Translations under genes and position numbers: made by a program
Shown here: positions 22,901 through 33,900 of the stretch, piece after piece
Numbering within the stretch: position 1 is the first letter of the stretch
Layout: each line of letters begins with the position of its first letter
Notes under the pieces: generated by a model
Told to the model about the DNA's origin: nothing
The model's database searches: none
What the model saw: only the letters and a program-made list of their open reading frames with translations
Assembly: GCA_002269645.1 (NCBI GenBank)
Contig: NIVC01004783.1
Span: forward strand, 1 to 35,086
Length of the DNA stretch: 35,086 nucleotides
Reading direction: 5' to 3'
Origin: Macrostomum lignano
Lineage: Eukaryota

Positions 22901-25900
22901 TTCTTTCAAGTCTTTGTTCTCTTCTTCTTCTGACTCTTTTTTCTCTAATTCTTCCGAGTCTTTGTTCTCTACCGCTTCTGTCTCTTTGCTCGCTACTTCT
23001 TCTGACTCTTTGTTCGCTACTTCTTCAGACTCTTTGTTCGCTACTTCTTCTGACTCTTTGTTCGCTACTTCTTCAGAATCTTTGTTCTCAACCGTTCTGG
23101 AGTCTTTCTTTCCTATCTGTATCGATTCTTCGTTATGCACAGACGTCGCGTCTTTTCTCTCTACAGACGACGAATCTTTGTTTTCCACTGTCGCTTTACC
23201 GTTGTTTTCAACTGGCGCCGAGTCTTCGTTGTTATCAGATAGTGGCGGCGCCCTCCGCGACGTTGCGCGAGCGCTGGTCGGTCGTTTCTGACCACCAGCT
23301 GCCGCATCGCCAGCGGTTGCTTTTTCTTTTTCTCCCGTCTTCTTCTTCTTCGTAGTGTCAGAGTTTTGGGTCGGCTTCTGCTGCTGCTGCTGGACCTTCT
23401 TTGCCGTTGGCTTGACGCTCGACGTATCGCCGATGGGTCCTGGCGTGTAGTTGGGATCTCGCACCTCGGTCAGCGGCGGGAATCGCTGATCCGGCAACAC
23501 GTAGGTGCCGACGCCGCGGCCCGACGGCTTCTTGTCGTCCTCCGCCACCGTCGCCTCCTCCTCCTCCTCCGGCAGTTCAGCAAGCGGCTGCTGCTGCGGC
23601 TGCGGAGCGGCCGAACTGACTCGACTAGAGCTTCTGGAACTGGCGCGGGAACTGAGGCGGCTTTCGCCCTCCTGCCGGCGCCTGTGATGTTCCAGAGCTT
23701 TTAACCGTTCGCGCTCTTTCTCTAGGCGAACCACCTGCAGATAATTGGAGCTTTGCGCTCTGATTTCTGTGTACTACTGACTAGTAAGTTTGCTAGTAGC
23801 AGTGGTAAGGTGGTCCTAATGAGTAATGACACTAAACTGACTACTATCTATACTGACTACACTATGCTGACACAAAAACTCTCGCACTGACACTAAAATG
23901 GTCCTACCAACATAAAAACTGTCATACGACAACTTGTCCCTCTATGCGCACTGCACACTGTTCAGCCACACTACAACAAATTCAAGCGTAGCAGGGTGAG
24001 CCTCGAAGATGACCGCCTACGGCCCGACTAACCAGGAGAAACTAGGAGAACCAGCTTGCAGTTGCCAAGCTCCTTGATCAGGATCACCGGATTGGAGTTG
24101 CCACAAATACGCACATGTTTCTTCTGGGACTGTCAGGGCTCTGTCACAGATATCCAGTACGCTGAACAGTCCAGAAGAGGCGGAGGAAACTGAGTGCCGG
24201 CCCCCTGCTGCTTCACAACAACGCCCCATGCAGCTCACACCGCCCAAGGTTGCGGTGAATGCTGCCACCACTGCATGGTTCGCCCCCCCCCCCCCCGATT
24301 TCTATCTGTTCTGCCTGCTCAAGCGACCGCTCTGTGGGCACCATCTTGAGTTCAACGAGGAGGTCATCAGCCTCGCTAACGAGTGGCTGGAAGACCAATT
24401 AGCCGAGTTCTGCACCAGCGGCATCCGGGCGCTGCGGTACCGATGGCAGAGAAGTGCATTCATTCATCGCCAATGTGACTATGTTGTGCAACAATGCAAC
24501 GTTATTCTACATAATTTACCCTTTTCTATAGCTGAGATTTGGCAACCAACAGAATTGAACACCAGCTATTCAACAACAACCAGCCGCAGTTCACTCGTCT
24601 CCCCCACCTTCTCATTGAACACTTTCCGTCGAGCCCGTTCCAACTGTCGTTGAATGTCATCGCCAATCCGATTGCGAATCCGGTAGCCGCGAAATCTGCG
24701 CTGAATGGTCAGGGCGGCGGCGTGACGTCGATTGGCGATGACGGACTCGCTCAGCTGGCGCAGTTCGTCAGTGCGACAGCGCTCTTCGGCCAGCAGGGCA
24801 TCGTAGGATTCCAGCTGCTTCTGGCGTGGGGAGCGGCGGTTGCGGGTTTGATTTTTACATTCAGCAATGCGACAGTCGGCCCGCAGCCAAGAGGAGGCAA
24901 GCAGTCTTGCCCACTCCTCTGGCACTTTCCCCATGCTGCACTTACCTTCTCCTCTTCCGCAAGCAGCTTCTCAGCTTTATCATCATCGTCGGTCGGTGGA
25001 GGAGGCTGCTCCGGCAGAGTCGGTTTCTCTTCTTCCGACCATTTGCGCCTGTGACTGGCCTTGGTCAGGTCGTTGTAGAGACGCCAGCGCTAAAATGTTG
25101 CAAATCAGTTTACAAAAAATGTTTTTTTTGAAATAGTAACTGTTGTAAGTATCCTGTGTACCATTTAGGACATTCCAGTTCCGCAAGGAAACAGTAATTA
25201 GATTGCTGGAGGAAAAAATTGTGCAAGGGGAAGCTCTCACTTTAGCGCGTGAACTTGAGAGAAGGGAATCCCCCATTTACGTGACCTTGGGAGAAGGGAA
25301 TCCCCCATTTACGTGACCTTGGGAGAAGGGGAATCCCCCATTTACATGACCTTGGGAGAAGGAGAAAGACACCATTTAGAGGTGACCTTGGGAGTAGGGG
25401 AAGACCCCATTTACATGACCTTGGCAGACGAGAAAGCCCTAATTCACATGACCTTGGGAGAAGGTATCTGGAGGTTTTAAGAGATTGAGAGTCCAAATTC
25501 AATGACCAAAGGAAAACAGTGAAACCAAAACTACATTGATGCTGTCAAACCTCAGTTTTGAGCTGTATGAGCTCCTCCTCCGTCTCCATCCAGGCCTCGA
25601 TGATTCGCTTGTCCAAATTGCTCGAGTCCAGCTGGCGCACCGTCATGATGGACGACCGGCCGGACCGAAGCCCGTCGTCAACGTTGTCCGTCGATGGCGC
25701 CGGAGTGGCATCGGACGGCAGGTCCAGCGGAGGAACGGGCGGCGCTTCGGTCGACAGCTCGGCTTCGGTTTCTGCTGCCTCCTCGGCCTCCAGCTGATCG
25801 AGGAAGCCGGGCGGCAGGCTGGGCTGCGTGGCAGTTGCCGCCGAGTCCGCGGCAGCCTCGGTGGAGTCCAGCTCGGTCTGCAGTCGGCTGTAGTAGTCGC

Positions 25901-26441
25901 CGAACTGACTGTCCAGAGCGGTTGTCCAGTCGTCTGCATCCTGGAGTTTGACAGTTGCAGGAAATTTGCTCGGTTATTTGCAGGGGAGCTTTGAGCACTG
26001 TTGCAAGTTAAGGCGCCACTCGACCCGTCAAACCCATTCCGTTGATCCCCCGAGCACGCATGGGGACCAGTACGGGAGTTGTTTCGCATAGTGTACAGCG
26101 GCCCTGACTTTCTCATCGCTAGGCATGTACACTCTCTGTGTCCTGGGGGCTTGGCCTCAGAATGGCGAATTGCACGAGAAATGCTTTGCACAAACCCCAA
26201 TTTTATATGAAATCGGAATCCGACCTCGTAAATGAGACCCCAGTAGTTACTGAGCTCCCTCCCTATATAGAAAACTCATTGGCAATAAATCTTCAGTCCA
26301 TACCTCAGGAGGTTCAGTGCTCTCTGGATCCGCCTGTACATCGTTTGACTCCTCGAGACTTTCATTTAAAGATGCATCGTCAATCAGCTGCAGCTGCTGC
26401 TCGATTTCTTTTTCGACATCTTCAGAAATTTCCTCGTACAT
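13992..26441 (-). CDS. LRRIQ1: Leucine-rich repeat and IQ domain-containing protein 1-like (15 exons, about 1747 aa)
   Basis: Hand-spliced exons, all GT-AG and phase-consistent: 26304-26441, 25551-25940, 24946-25089, 24608-24820, 21674-23734, 21312-21462, 20764-20963, 19079-20032, 17552-17728, 17402-17466, 17149-17243, 16403-16538, 16218-16312, 14978-15091, 13992-14302 (5244 nt). Acidic N-terminus. IQ motifs [28 protein letters not shown] and [16 protein letters not shown] run [75 protein letters not shown]. Motifs [44 protein letters not shown] and FLPQI recall the LRRIQ1 C-terminus from memory. Acceptors at 17243 and 14302 were chosen by phase and are less certain. Confidence 0.85.
14393..14695 (+). 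mobile_element. tRNA-derived SINE with CORE-like central domain, antisense in the last LRRIQ1 intron
   Basis: A box TGGCCTAGTGG (14398-14409) and B box GGTTCGATTC (14443-14452). Next comes TGTGTCCTTGAGCAAAACACTTGACTC..GCTTCAGTTCACCCAGCTATAAAATGGG, resembling the MIR/CORE domain GTGACCTTGGGCAAGTCACTT..CCTCAGTTT..TGTAAAATGGG. (ATT)n-type tail. Possible degenerate TSD GGTGTAGTTGGTTTTA (14375-14390) versus GGTGCAGTTGGTTTTT (14699-14714). Confidence 0.8.
14716..14880. repeat. Degenerate tandem array (about 30-40-bp spacing) each with a TCACGTGA palindrome
   Basis: AGTCACGTGAC, CGTCACGTGAT, GGTCACGTGAT, GGTCACGTAAT, GATCACGTGAT, plus another copy at 14322 on the other side of the SINE. Confidence 0.75.
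15625..16142 (+). repeat. 28-bp minisatellite CCTCAGTTGCTGGGCCAGCCTCCCAGAT, about 18 copies (LRRIQ1 intron 13)
   Basis: Visible tandem units; TGTCTGGG variants at the right end. Confidence 0.95.
16785..17000 (-). repeat. Inverted, diverged array of the same 28-bp minisatellite family (LRRIQ1 intron 11)
   Basis: CAGCAACTGAGGATCTGGGAGGC is the exact reverse complement of GCCTCCCAGATCCTCAGTTGCTG; about 6 related units. Confidence 0.88.
17750..19078. repeat. 12-15-bp microsatellite-like array (TGATTAG(C/A)CAAA plus TC/GG), about 100 units, filling LRRIQ1 intron 8
   Basis: Continuous from the 5' splice site at 19078 to about 20 nt before the acceptor at 17729. Confidence 0.97.
19079..20032 (-). 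CDS. LRRIQ1: LRRIQ1-like exon 8 (318 codons): LRRs, poly-Gly, IQ motif
   Basis: ORF 19055-20059; ctgcag/TTC acceptor, CAG/gtttgg donor; LRRs and [18 protein letters not shown]. Confidence 0.85.
20050..20560. repeat. About 22-bp tandem repeat (ATGATCGTTTTTGGCGTCTATT), about 20 copies, LRRIQ1 intron 7
   Basis: Homogeneous core at 20330-20430 that decays toward both edges. Confidence 0.9.
21674..23734 (-). CDS. LRRIQ1: LRRIQ1-like exon 5 (687 codons): coiled coil, [13 protein letters not shown] repeat linker, start of LRRs
   Basis: ORF 21614-23734 bounded by ctgcag/GTG acceptor and TCG/gtgagt donor; ends in LRR-like [33 protein letters not shown]. Confidence 0.85.
23860..24570 (+). mobile_element. 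Decayed, internally deleted mariner (Tc1/mariner) transposon in LRRIQ1 intron 4
   Basis: Broken-frame transposase motifs in the correct order: [18 protein letters not shown] (like FKxGRxSLEDxxRSGRP), [31 protein letters not shown] (HDNAxxH-like), then [60 protein letters not shown] (mariner C-terminus, ORF 24228-24653). TIRs not resolved; ends approximate. Confidence 0.85.
25253..25462. repeat. 32-34-bp tandem repeat (GTGACCTTGGGAGAAGGGAATCCCCCATTTAC), about 6 copies, LRRIQ1 intron 2
   Basis: Visible tandem units. Confidence 0.9.
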
Positions 26442-27998
26442 GGCGCGCCTCGTAGTTTAGAAATGAGAGTGCGCCGGATTATTTTACTCAGCTTTGCATC
26501 AAAGCAGGAACAAGAAAATCGAACGAACGAATAGAATCTTAGAGTCCAAATATTTAAAAAGTTAGATTTCGCCAGATTTCATTCCTTTCTCAGAAAATCA
26601 GACAAACTGAACAAATGCATATGGTAATTACTAAAAAACGAGGCATGTACCGAAAAGCAAAAAATCCAATTTAAAAAAACAACTCAAAACCCGATGTTTA
26701 CCTGTTTGCTTGACACAAGAATGAACCTTACGCTATTTGACAGTTCCTATGTGCCTTCGATTCTAAATCTAACTGGTACGAGCTAGCTACACACATTATG
26801 AAATTTACAAGCAACGTAAATAAATCACAAAAAAAGGACAGCTAAAACCTTTATATTCTCGAAATTATTAAAATTACTCATAGGAGAATTCGCCTGATAA
26901 ATATTTTTCACACAGTTTTAGTGCAACAAATAGCTTATTTAGTGAGTTATAATTTAAGCAAAAAATTGTTTGTCATAGTAACTATATTTTTATATATTAT
27001 TTTATATTAAATATTATGTCAGCACAAAAAGTTTTCAAAAACTTCCTCCATTAATTCAGTAAATTTTATTGGTAGTAGTAGAGTGCTATTCAATAAGTTT
27101 TAAAAAGCACTTTATGGACCACCGACAATTATTGTTAAAGATGTTAACCAACAATTTAAATGAAATACCTACTTAAGCCAAAGTAAAGTAAATCTACAGG
27201 TGGCTGGCGTGCAATTGGTAAACAGGCATTACTCCTTCTTTTTTATATCAAACTTCCCGCCTTAGTCAGTCTTGCACGCGGCCCGGTATGATGGCCAGCT
27301 AATTTCCATAAGTCAGAAATACTTCATTATTTACAATAATATGCTTTGCTATGGTTCCTAGAATGCGTAAGATTAATAAATTTCAATAATTGCTGTTAAA
27401 ATAAAAGCATTGGGTTAGGATATGGCGACTTTTGGGTTAAACTAAGCACGACATTCAGATTTAAGATAGCCCTGAATTCATGAGAAATATGTAACTATTA
27501 AAATTATTAGTTTACATTAACAACAAAGTAAAACAAAAAGTATTAAAACTACGAGTAATTTAATTTAGTAACTTAATATAAACTACGCGTTCAATCGCTT
27601 TTTATTTTATTAATGTCTAAAAGTATCATACTAAAACTTTAAATAAAATATATTTTGTAGAAAATTTTGCAATATTTTAAGTTAAAACGAAATATTATAC
27701 TTTGATTTTGGAATATGTAGTAAAACGAATAGTAGAAGAAGTAGTCATCAGAACGACTTTCAACATTTTTCGTAAATGTTTTGCACTATTAAATTTTATC
27801 TTTGAATTCGGCAAAATTTTGTATTAGAAATCCATATTTGGTTTGCAGTTACACCAAAATTCACATTTGTATTACAAACTATTGTTATTTTTGGGTAACA
27901 CTAGGCTGTAGGCATAGATCTGAGTGCTCCTATAGTGTAGAATATCCATTATAAATAAAATTCAAACGTGTGATTTCATGCAACTATAGTTTCCAAAA
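26442..27998. promoter_or_regulatory. AT-rich divergent intergenic region, candidate bidirectional promoter of LRRIQ1-like and SDA1
   Basis: Start codons face away from each other about 1.56 kb apart. A GC-richer patch at about 27195-27300 includes TTCCCGCC. TSSs not determinable from sequence. Confidence 0.5.
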
Positions 27999-30900
27999 AT
28001 GCAGAAGCAAAAGAACTTGCTAAATTTGCAAAATCTTGTCAAGAGGGATCCACAGTCTTACATTCAAGAAGTAAGTTGTAAAGACAAAGAAGGTTTTATA
28101 AAACTGAAGCGAATTAATTATATTATTTATTATTGAGTTCAACTTCATTTTACTTATTTCATTTTTAAATCTGTCATTAACTATAGTATAGGTATCATTT
28201 TTAGTCTTAGGCCTAATAAAACATATTTGCTAATATTAATAATAGATTCATTCTTATTAATATTGGTAAAGTTTAAAGAAAGCTACAATACCCATCGACA
28301 TTTAACATTATTGCCATTAGTTCTTGCCATTCAAATTAAAATAACTTTGTTTTAAACTTATCAAATAACATGCTTTCAAAAAACTGTATATAAAAACTAA
28401 ATATACCCTTTATAATTTTATATACCTTGGAGTCTCAGACTCATATAGGCCCTATGCACAACCCCTTTGATTTAAACTGGCCATGCAACTTACTTTTTCA
28501 CAAAAAATGCAACTTACCTATGAAAGAAACCCTAAAGCAAAAATTAATATAATTTTGGGCATACATGCATAACCTTGGGAATCACTCAGCTATTTCTATT
28601 GGCAACACACACATGTACGTCGCTATTGGCTAAGAGCAGTCACATGATTACTATTCCGCCCAATTGCGACTTACATGTATGTGTTGCCAATAGAAATAGC
28701 TTGGTGAATCCCTAGGTTGTGCCCAAACATGATTTTGGGTAAATAGCAAGAGTAGGCCTAACTATGACTATCTTATTATATGGCTAAATCCCTTATCACC
28801 TAATTAGTACTATATTTATATTCTTTTGGAAGGGAATTTTTGCAACTTATCTCTGGTCTAACATATTTTATGGTGGCCAGATCAACTAAATTAGCTAGCA
28901 ATTATACATGTCTACTTAGACTAATAGCTAGACTAGCAACTTACTTAAAAGTTTAGTATAAGCTTAGACAAGTACTAAAATCAATAAACTTTGGTATTTT
29001 AATGGTACATATTTAAAAATAATTTACTTGGAATTACATTTTATATATTGCCATATCACACTATGATTCACAGTCATTGGTAGCAACATTACATTATTAG
29101 TGACTGCATACATTGCATTGGTCTATAGTCATTAAAATTGAGCATACAAAGAATTACCTGAATGTAACTTCAACTTCTATTCTATTATCCTGTAGCCCAT
29201 TGAGCTAATATGCATCTCTATACAATGGACCAAAGGCTCAATTGATTGAATCTTAATAATAATATATATGCTAGATTATATACTCAATAAGTCATTACTT
29301 TCTATATTCACCTTGTATGTTATACAAAGCAATTTTTATTTTATATTTCCTTTATTTATTGTTTTGTTCATTAGTTGTATTGTATGACTTAATAAATTTA
29401 TTTGATAGTAGTACAAATGGGCCTTGAAGTGGAACTTAATATATTATACAATATATACTTTTGTAGCAAAAAATGCAAAGTATAAAAGACTTGATATAAA
29501 GTGTAAATAACTAGCAGTTTAAATGCTTTGTCTGTTCAACAATTGTTCCTTAGTGTCTCAACATTCAATCTATTAAGTATATATCATTGACTAGCAAAAA
29601 ACATATATATGCATATTGCTAAACTGACTTGTTTAATTAACTTATTGCCAAACTGACTATTACTGAATGAACCTATCATTAAATGAATTGGTTCCTATCT
29701 TAACCTCCCAGCTTAGTTGCAACTATTGTTCCTAATAATATATTTTATTTTTAAGAGTTTCTTATCTCTTTATAGTCTAGCTTTTTAACTACTAGTCTAT
29801 GTATTTTTTAGTCTATTCTTATCTTCTTCCTAGGCTAGTTTATATCCCTTTCTGGCAATTGGTATACCATGTGGAGTATAGATAGGCGATCTTAATAACC
29901 TTGATAAATTATATAGAGGCCTAAAAATATATTCATATACATATTACATGTTTGATAAATTGGTTAATATATTGAATTATTATGGTCTAGCATTAAAAAC
30001 TATTTTACCTATAATAGTTTATGCCTAAAATGCACTTCAAAGCAGTATTCATTAATAAAAAAGTCTTGTATAAACTTATATTAGAGGTTTTAAAATATTG
30101 CCTTTTGAATAAACTGCAGATGACTCTTCTCTTAGCTGCAAATGGCTCTAGTCAAATCATGGCTAAGAAAAGACATTGATTCCAATTCCTTTGCCTTTGT
30201 AATCCATATACTTAAAATGGTTTGTTGGTATATATGTCTTTATGTGATTGATTTCAGAAAAAGTATTATCTAAAAGCATGTCTATATTATATTAACAAAA
30301 GGATAATACTAGTTTTTGTAAAAATTTAGCATTTGGTATTTATTCAACTTTAAAATCCTATGTGCTAAAAATAGACCTATTTAAATTAATACCCTTTTTA
30401 AGAAAATTCACAGAATATACCTAGGTTTATTATGTGTCATAGCCTTGCTATGATATGTTGAAATCAGAAATTACATAACAAATTCATGTTGGTGTTAAGC
30501 TATATATTCTAATGTAAACTCCTATGCAAATGCAATAAAGACTAGATAGGAATCTAGTGCATGGCTAGAGGCTAGACAAACGAAGAGAAAAGAGAAAATA
30601 AAGAAAGAAAAAAGAGGAGAGGCAAGAGAAAAGAGAGAAGATTAAGAGAGAAGGAAGCTAAGAGAAAATACAAACATTAAGTTGGGTGATTGCTATTAGA
30701 GAGTCTGAAAGGACCTATGCAACTTCATTGGATAAACTGTGCCAACCCCTATGTTAGAATTTTGTGTTTTTGTGTTGCATGATATCTAATAGGAATTTTG
30801 GCATGGTGGAGAACTAGCATAATGTATTTTTAACCAGAGAGCCTCATCAGATTACTGCATATGTTTCAATTATCCGCTCAGCTGTCTAAATAACTGCTTA

Positions 30901-33900
30901 TGTAGTTGGCCCATATGTGGATTAGTCTATTCAAACTTTCGCATCCTTCAAATATTTGACTTGTTATTTTTTTAGTTTGAAACCGCGTACGACTTCTTCA
31001 AAAGTCTGTTCGATGCATTCAAACTTGCGCCAACTAAATATGACAGAGAGCTGGCTGAGCAGGTCATGTTCGTCTCGCAGGTGACGTAGCTTAATGATTT
31101 GCAAGTTGTTTTTTATTAAATTAAAAGAAAACGCTTGTGGAAGGAGAAAACTGTTCCAACCTTTCGCTTCTTCTACAGGTGTCTCATTGCTATCGGGACA
31201 AAGTGGCAGACTTTCCGCTTATGCTCATATCGCTGCTTAAACAGAGCGCCAGTCTTATGGACTCCGAGATGCGAATGGTGAGTTTATATATTCATCGTGT
31301 TGAAACGTGTCCATAGGCTCTGACAGGGTGTACAGCAGTGGCCCTGAACTTCTCGTCGCTAGGCAGTGCAAAAGTTCAAGGACTGCTAATTTAGTAGAAA
31401 TAAGTCAACATAAATGTCTTACCTCAGGCCTTCTGCAAAGCCCTCATCCTGATGCGCAACAAAGGCTTGGTGACTCCTCTAGACATCATGCAGCTATTCT
31501 GTCGCCTATTCAAATGCCAGGACAAACTGCTTCGCAGAACTCTATCTAGCTATATTGTGCAGGACGTGAAAAATGTCAACGCCAAGCATAAGAATGCCAA
31601 GCTGAACTCTGTAAGTAGTTCATATTAATTTATAATTGATGCAATGGTGTCGAGACCATGTGGCGATTCAATAATTCAGTAGGGATATATGCTTTTTATA
31701 GCACACTTGAGACTGCTGTGCACAGCTCTCTGATCTGCTACCCCTATGCCTCCCATGTACCTGATCTTCTTACAGCTGAATTCTTCTGGCCCAAATTTCC
31801 TCTTAATATCGGTGCTGTGTTCACATTAGTGGAGAATGAGATCACGAAAGCCAAAACATCTAGTTCTGCAGACACACAGATCCTCTGATGCTGGGCCAGC
31901 CTCCCAAAACCTCAGTTGCTGGGCCAGCCTCCAGATCCTCAGTTGCTGGGCCAGCCTCCCAGATCCTCAGTTGCTGGGCCAGCCTTCCACATCCTCAGTT
32001 GCTGGGCCAGCCTTCCAGATCCTCAGTTGCTGGACCAGTCTCCCATGCAGATCCTTAGTTGCGGGGCCAGCCTCCCAGATTCTTAATTGCTGATCCAGCC
32101 CCCGAGAGTGTCAGTTGCTGGGCCAGCCTCCCAAAGTGTCAGTTGCTGGGCCAGCCTCTCAGATCCTCAGTTGCTGGGCCAGCCTCCCAGATCCTCAGTT
32201 GCTGGGCCAGCCTCCCATGCAGATCCTTAGTTGCGGGGCCAGCCTCCCAGATTCTTAATTGCTGATCCAGCCCCCGAGAGTGTCAGTTGCTGGGCCAGCC
32301 TCCCAAAGTGTCAGTTGCTGGGCCAGCCTCTCAGATCCTCAGTTGCTGGGCCAGCCTCCCAGATCCTCAGTTGCTGGGCCAGCCTCCCAGATTCTCAGTT
32401 GCTGGGCCAGTCTCCCAGAGTGTCAGCTGCTTGGCCAGCCTCCTAAAGTGTCAGTTGCTGGGCCAGCCTCCCAGATCCTCAGTTGCTGGGCCAGCATCCC
32501 AGAGTGTCAGTTGCTGGGCCAGCCTTCCAGATCCTCAGTTGCTGGGCCAGCCTCCCAGATCCTCAGTTGCTGGGCCAGCCTCTCAGATCCTCAGTTACTG
32601 GGCTATCGTCACTTTCCCAGATCCTCATTCTGCGTAGTGTGACTGTCAAATCAGAAAAATGCACTTATTGCTTCATCAAATCTGCCTGAAAAAACTCCAC
32701 AGAGCCTACAGAACCACATGCTAGCCGTCATCCAGGAGGACAGCATCGCGTCGAAGAAATGCGCCGAAATCATGGTTGAACTTTACCGCCGCGGTGTCTG
32801 GCGCGACGCCAAGACTGTCAACTTCATCGGCACCTGTTGCTTCTCTAAAGTGACAAAAATTCTCGTCACTGGATTAAGATTCTTCTGCTCAGCTAGCGAA
32901 GGAGACGGCGGCGGCGCCAGCTCGGACGACGACAGCGACATCGACGAGGAGTCGTACAAGCGACAGTCGAAGGGCGCCACGCTGGCCCACCGTGTCGGGC
33001 CGAAAACTAACAAGCGCAAGAAGCGATTGGAACGTCAGCTGCAGGCGTTGAAGAAGCACAAGAAGAAGAAGCGCCGTGTTGACGCGTTCGACACTGCGGC
33101 ATTGCATCTGCTGCACGATCCGCAGACATTCGCTGAGAAACTGCTCAAGCAGGTTTGTTGATTCACTGTAGAGTCACTCAGTTGAGTCACTCTGGGTGTC
33201 AGTTGAGTCACTCTTTGGGTGTCAGTTGGTTCACTCTTTGGGTGTCAGTTGAGTCACTCTTTGGGTGTCAGTTGAGTCACTCTTTGGGTGTCAGTTAAGT
33301 CACTTTGAGTGTCAGTTGAGTCACTCTTTGGGTGTCAGTTGAGTCACTCTTTGGGTGTCAGTTGGGTCACTCTTTGGGTGTCAGTTGAGTCACTCTTTGG
33401 GTGTCAGTTGGGTCACTCTTTGGGTGTCAGTTGAGTCACTCTTTGGGTGTCAGTTGAGTCACTCTTTGGGTGTCAGTTGAGTCACTCTTTGAGTGTCAGT
33501 TGAGTCACTCTTTGAGTGTCAGTTGAGTCACTCTTTGGGTGTCAGTTGAGTCACTCTTTGGGTGTCAGTTGAGTCACTCTTTGGGTGTCAGTTGAGTCAC
33601 TTTGGGTGTTAGTTAGGCCGTTTTGAAATATCATCATAGCGTTATTTAGTATGTCATTTTCAGTGATAATGATGACGTCATTTTGGTAGTTCTTGTTAGT
33701 TTGTAATTCATTTTGGAATTTAACGTATTATATTTATGGTTTTAATTGTAACAGAAAAAAATTCTACGGGTTTTTAATTTCCGTGAATTTTCATGCATCT
33801 GTAAGCCAAGTATGTGCTAGAACGATTTTTTAAAGTAGCCTGATTAGAAACTGTTCCACTTTTATGCGAATTCTGCAAATTGTAGGTGGAAACGACAAGC

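Noticed and set aside
22233-23704. Plus-strand ORFs 22233-22679, 22701-23291, 22723-23355 and 23366-23704 (similarly 19155-19761, 25536-25994, 1596-1973)
   Set aside because: Antisense shadows of GC-rich or repetitive minus-strand exons.
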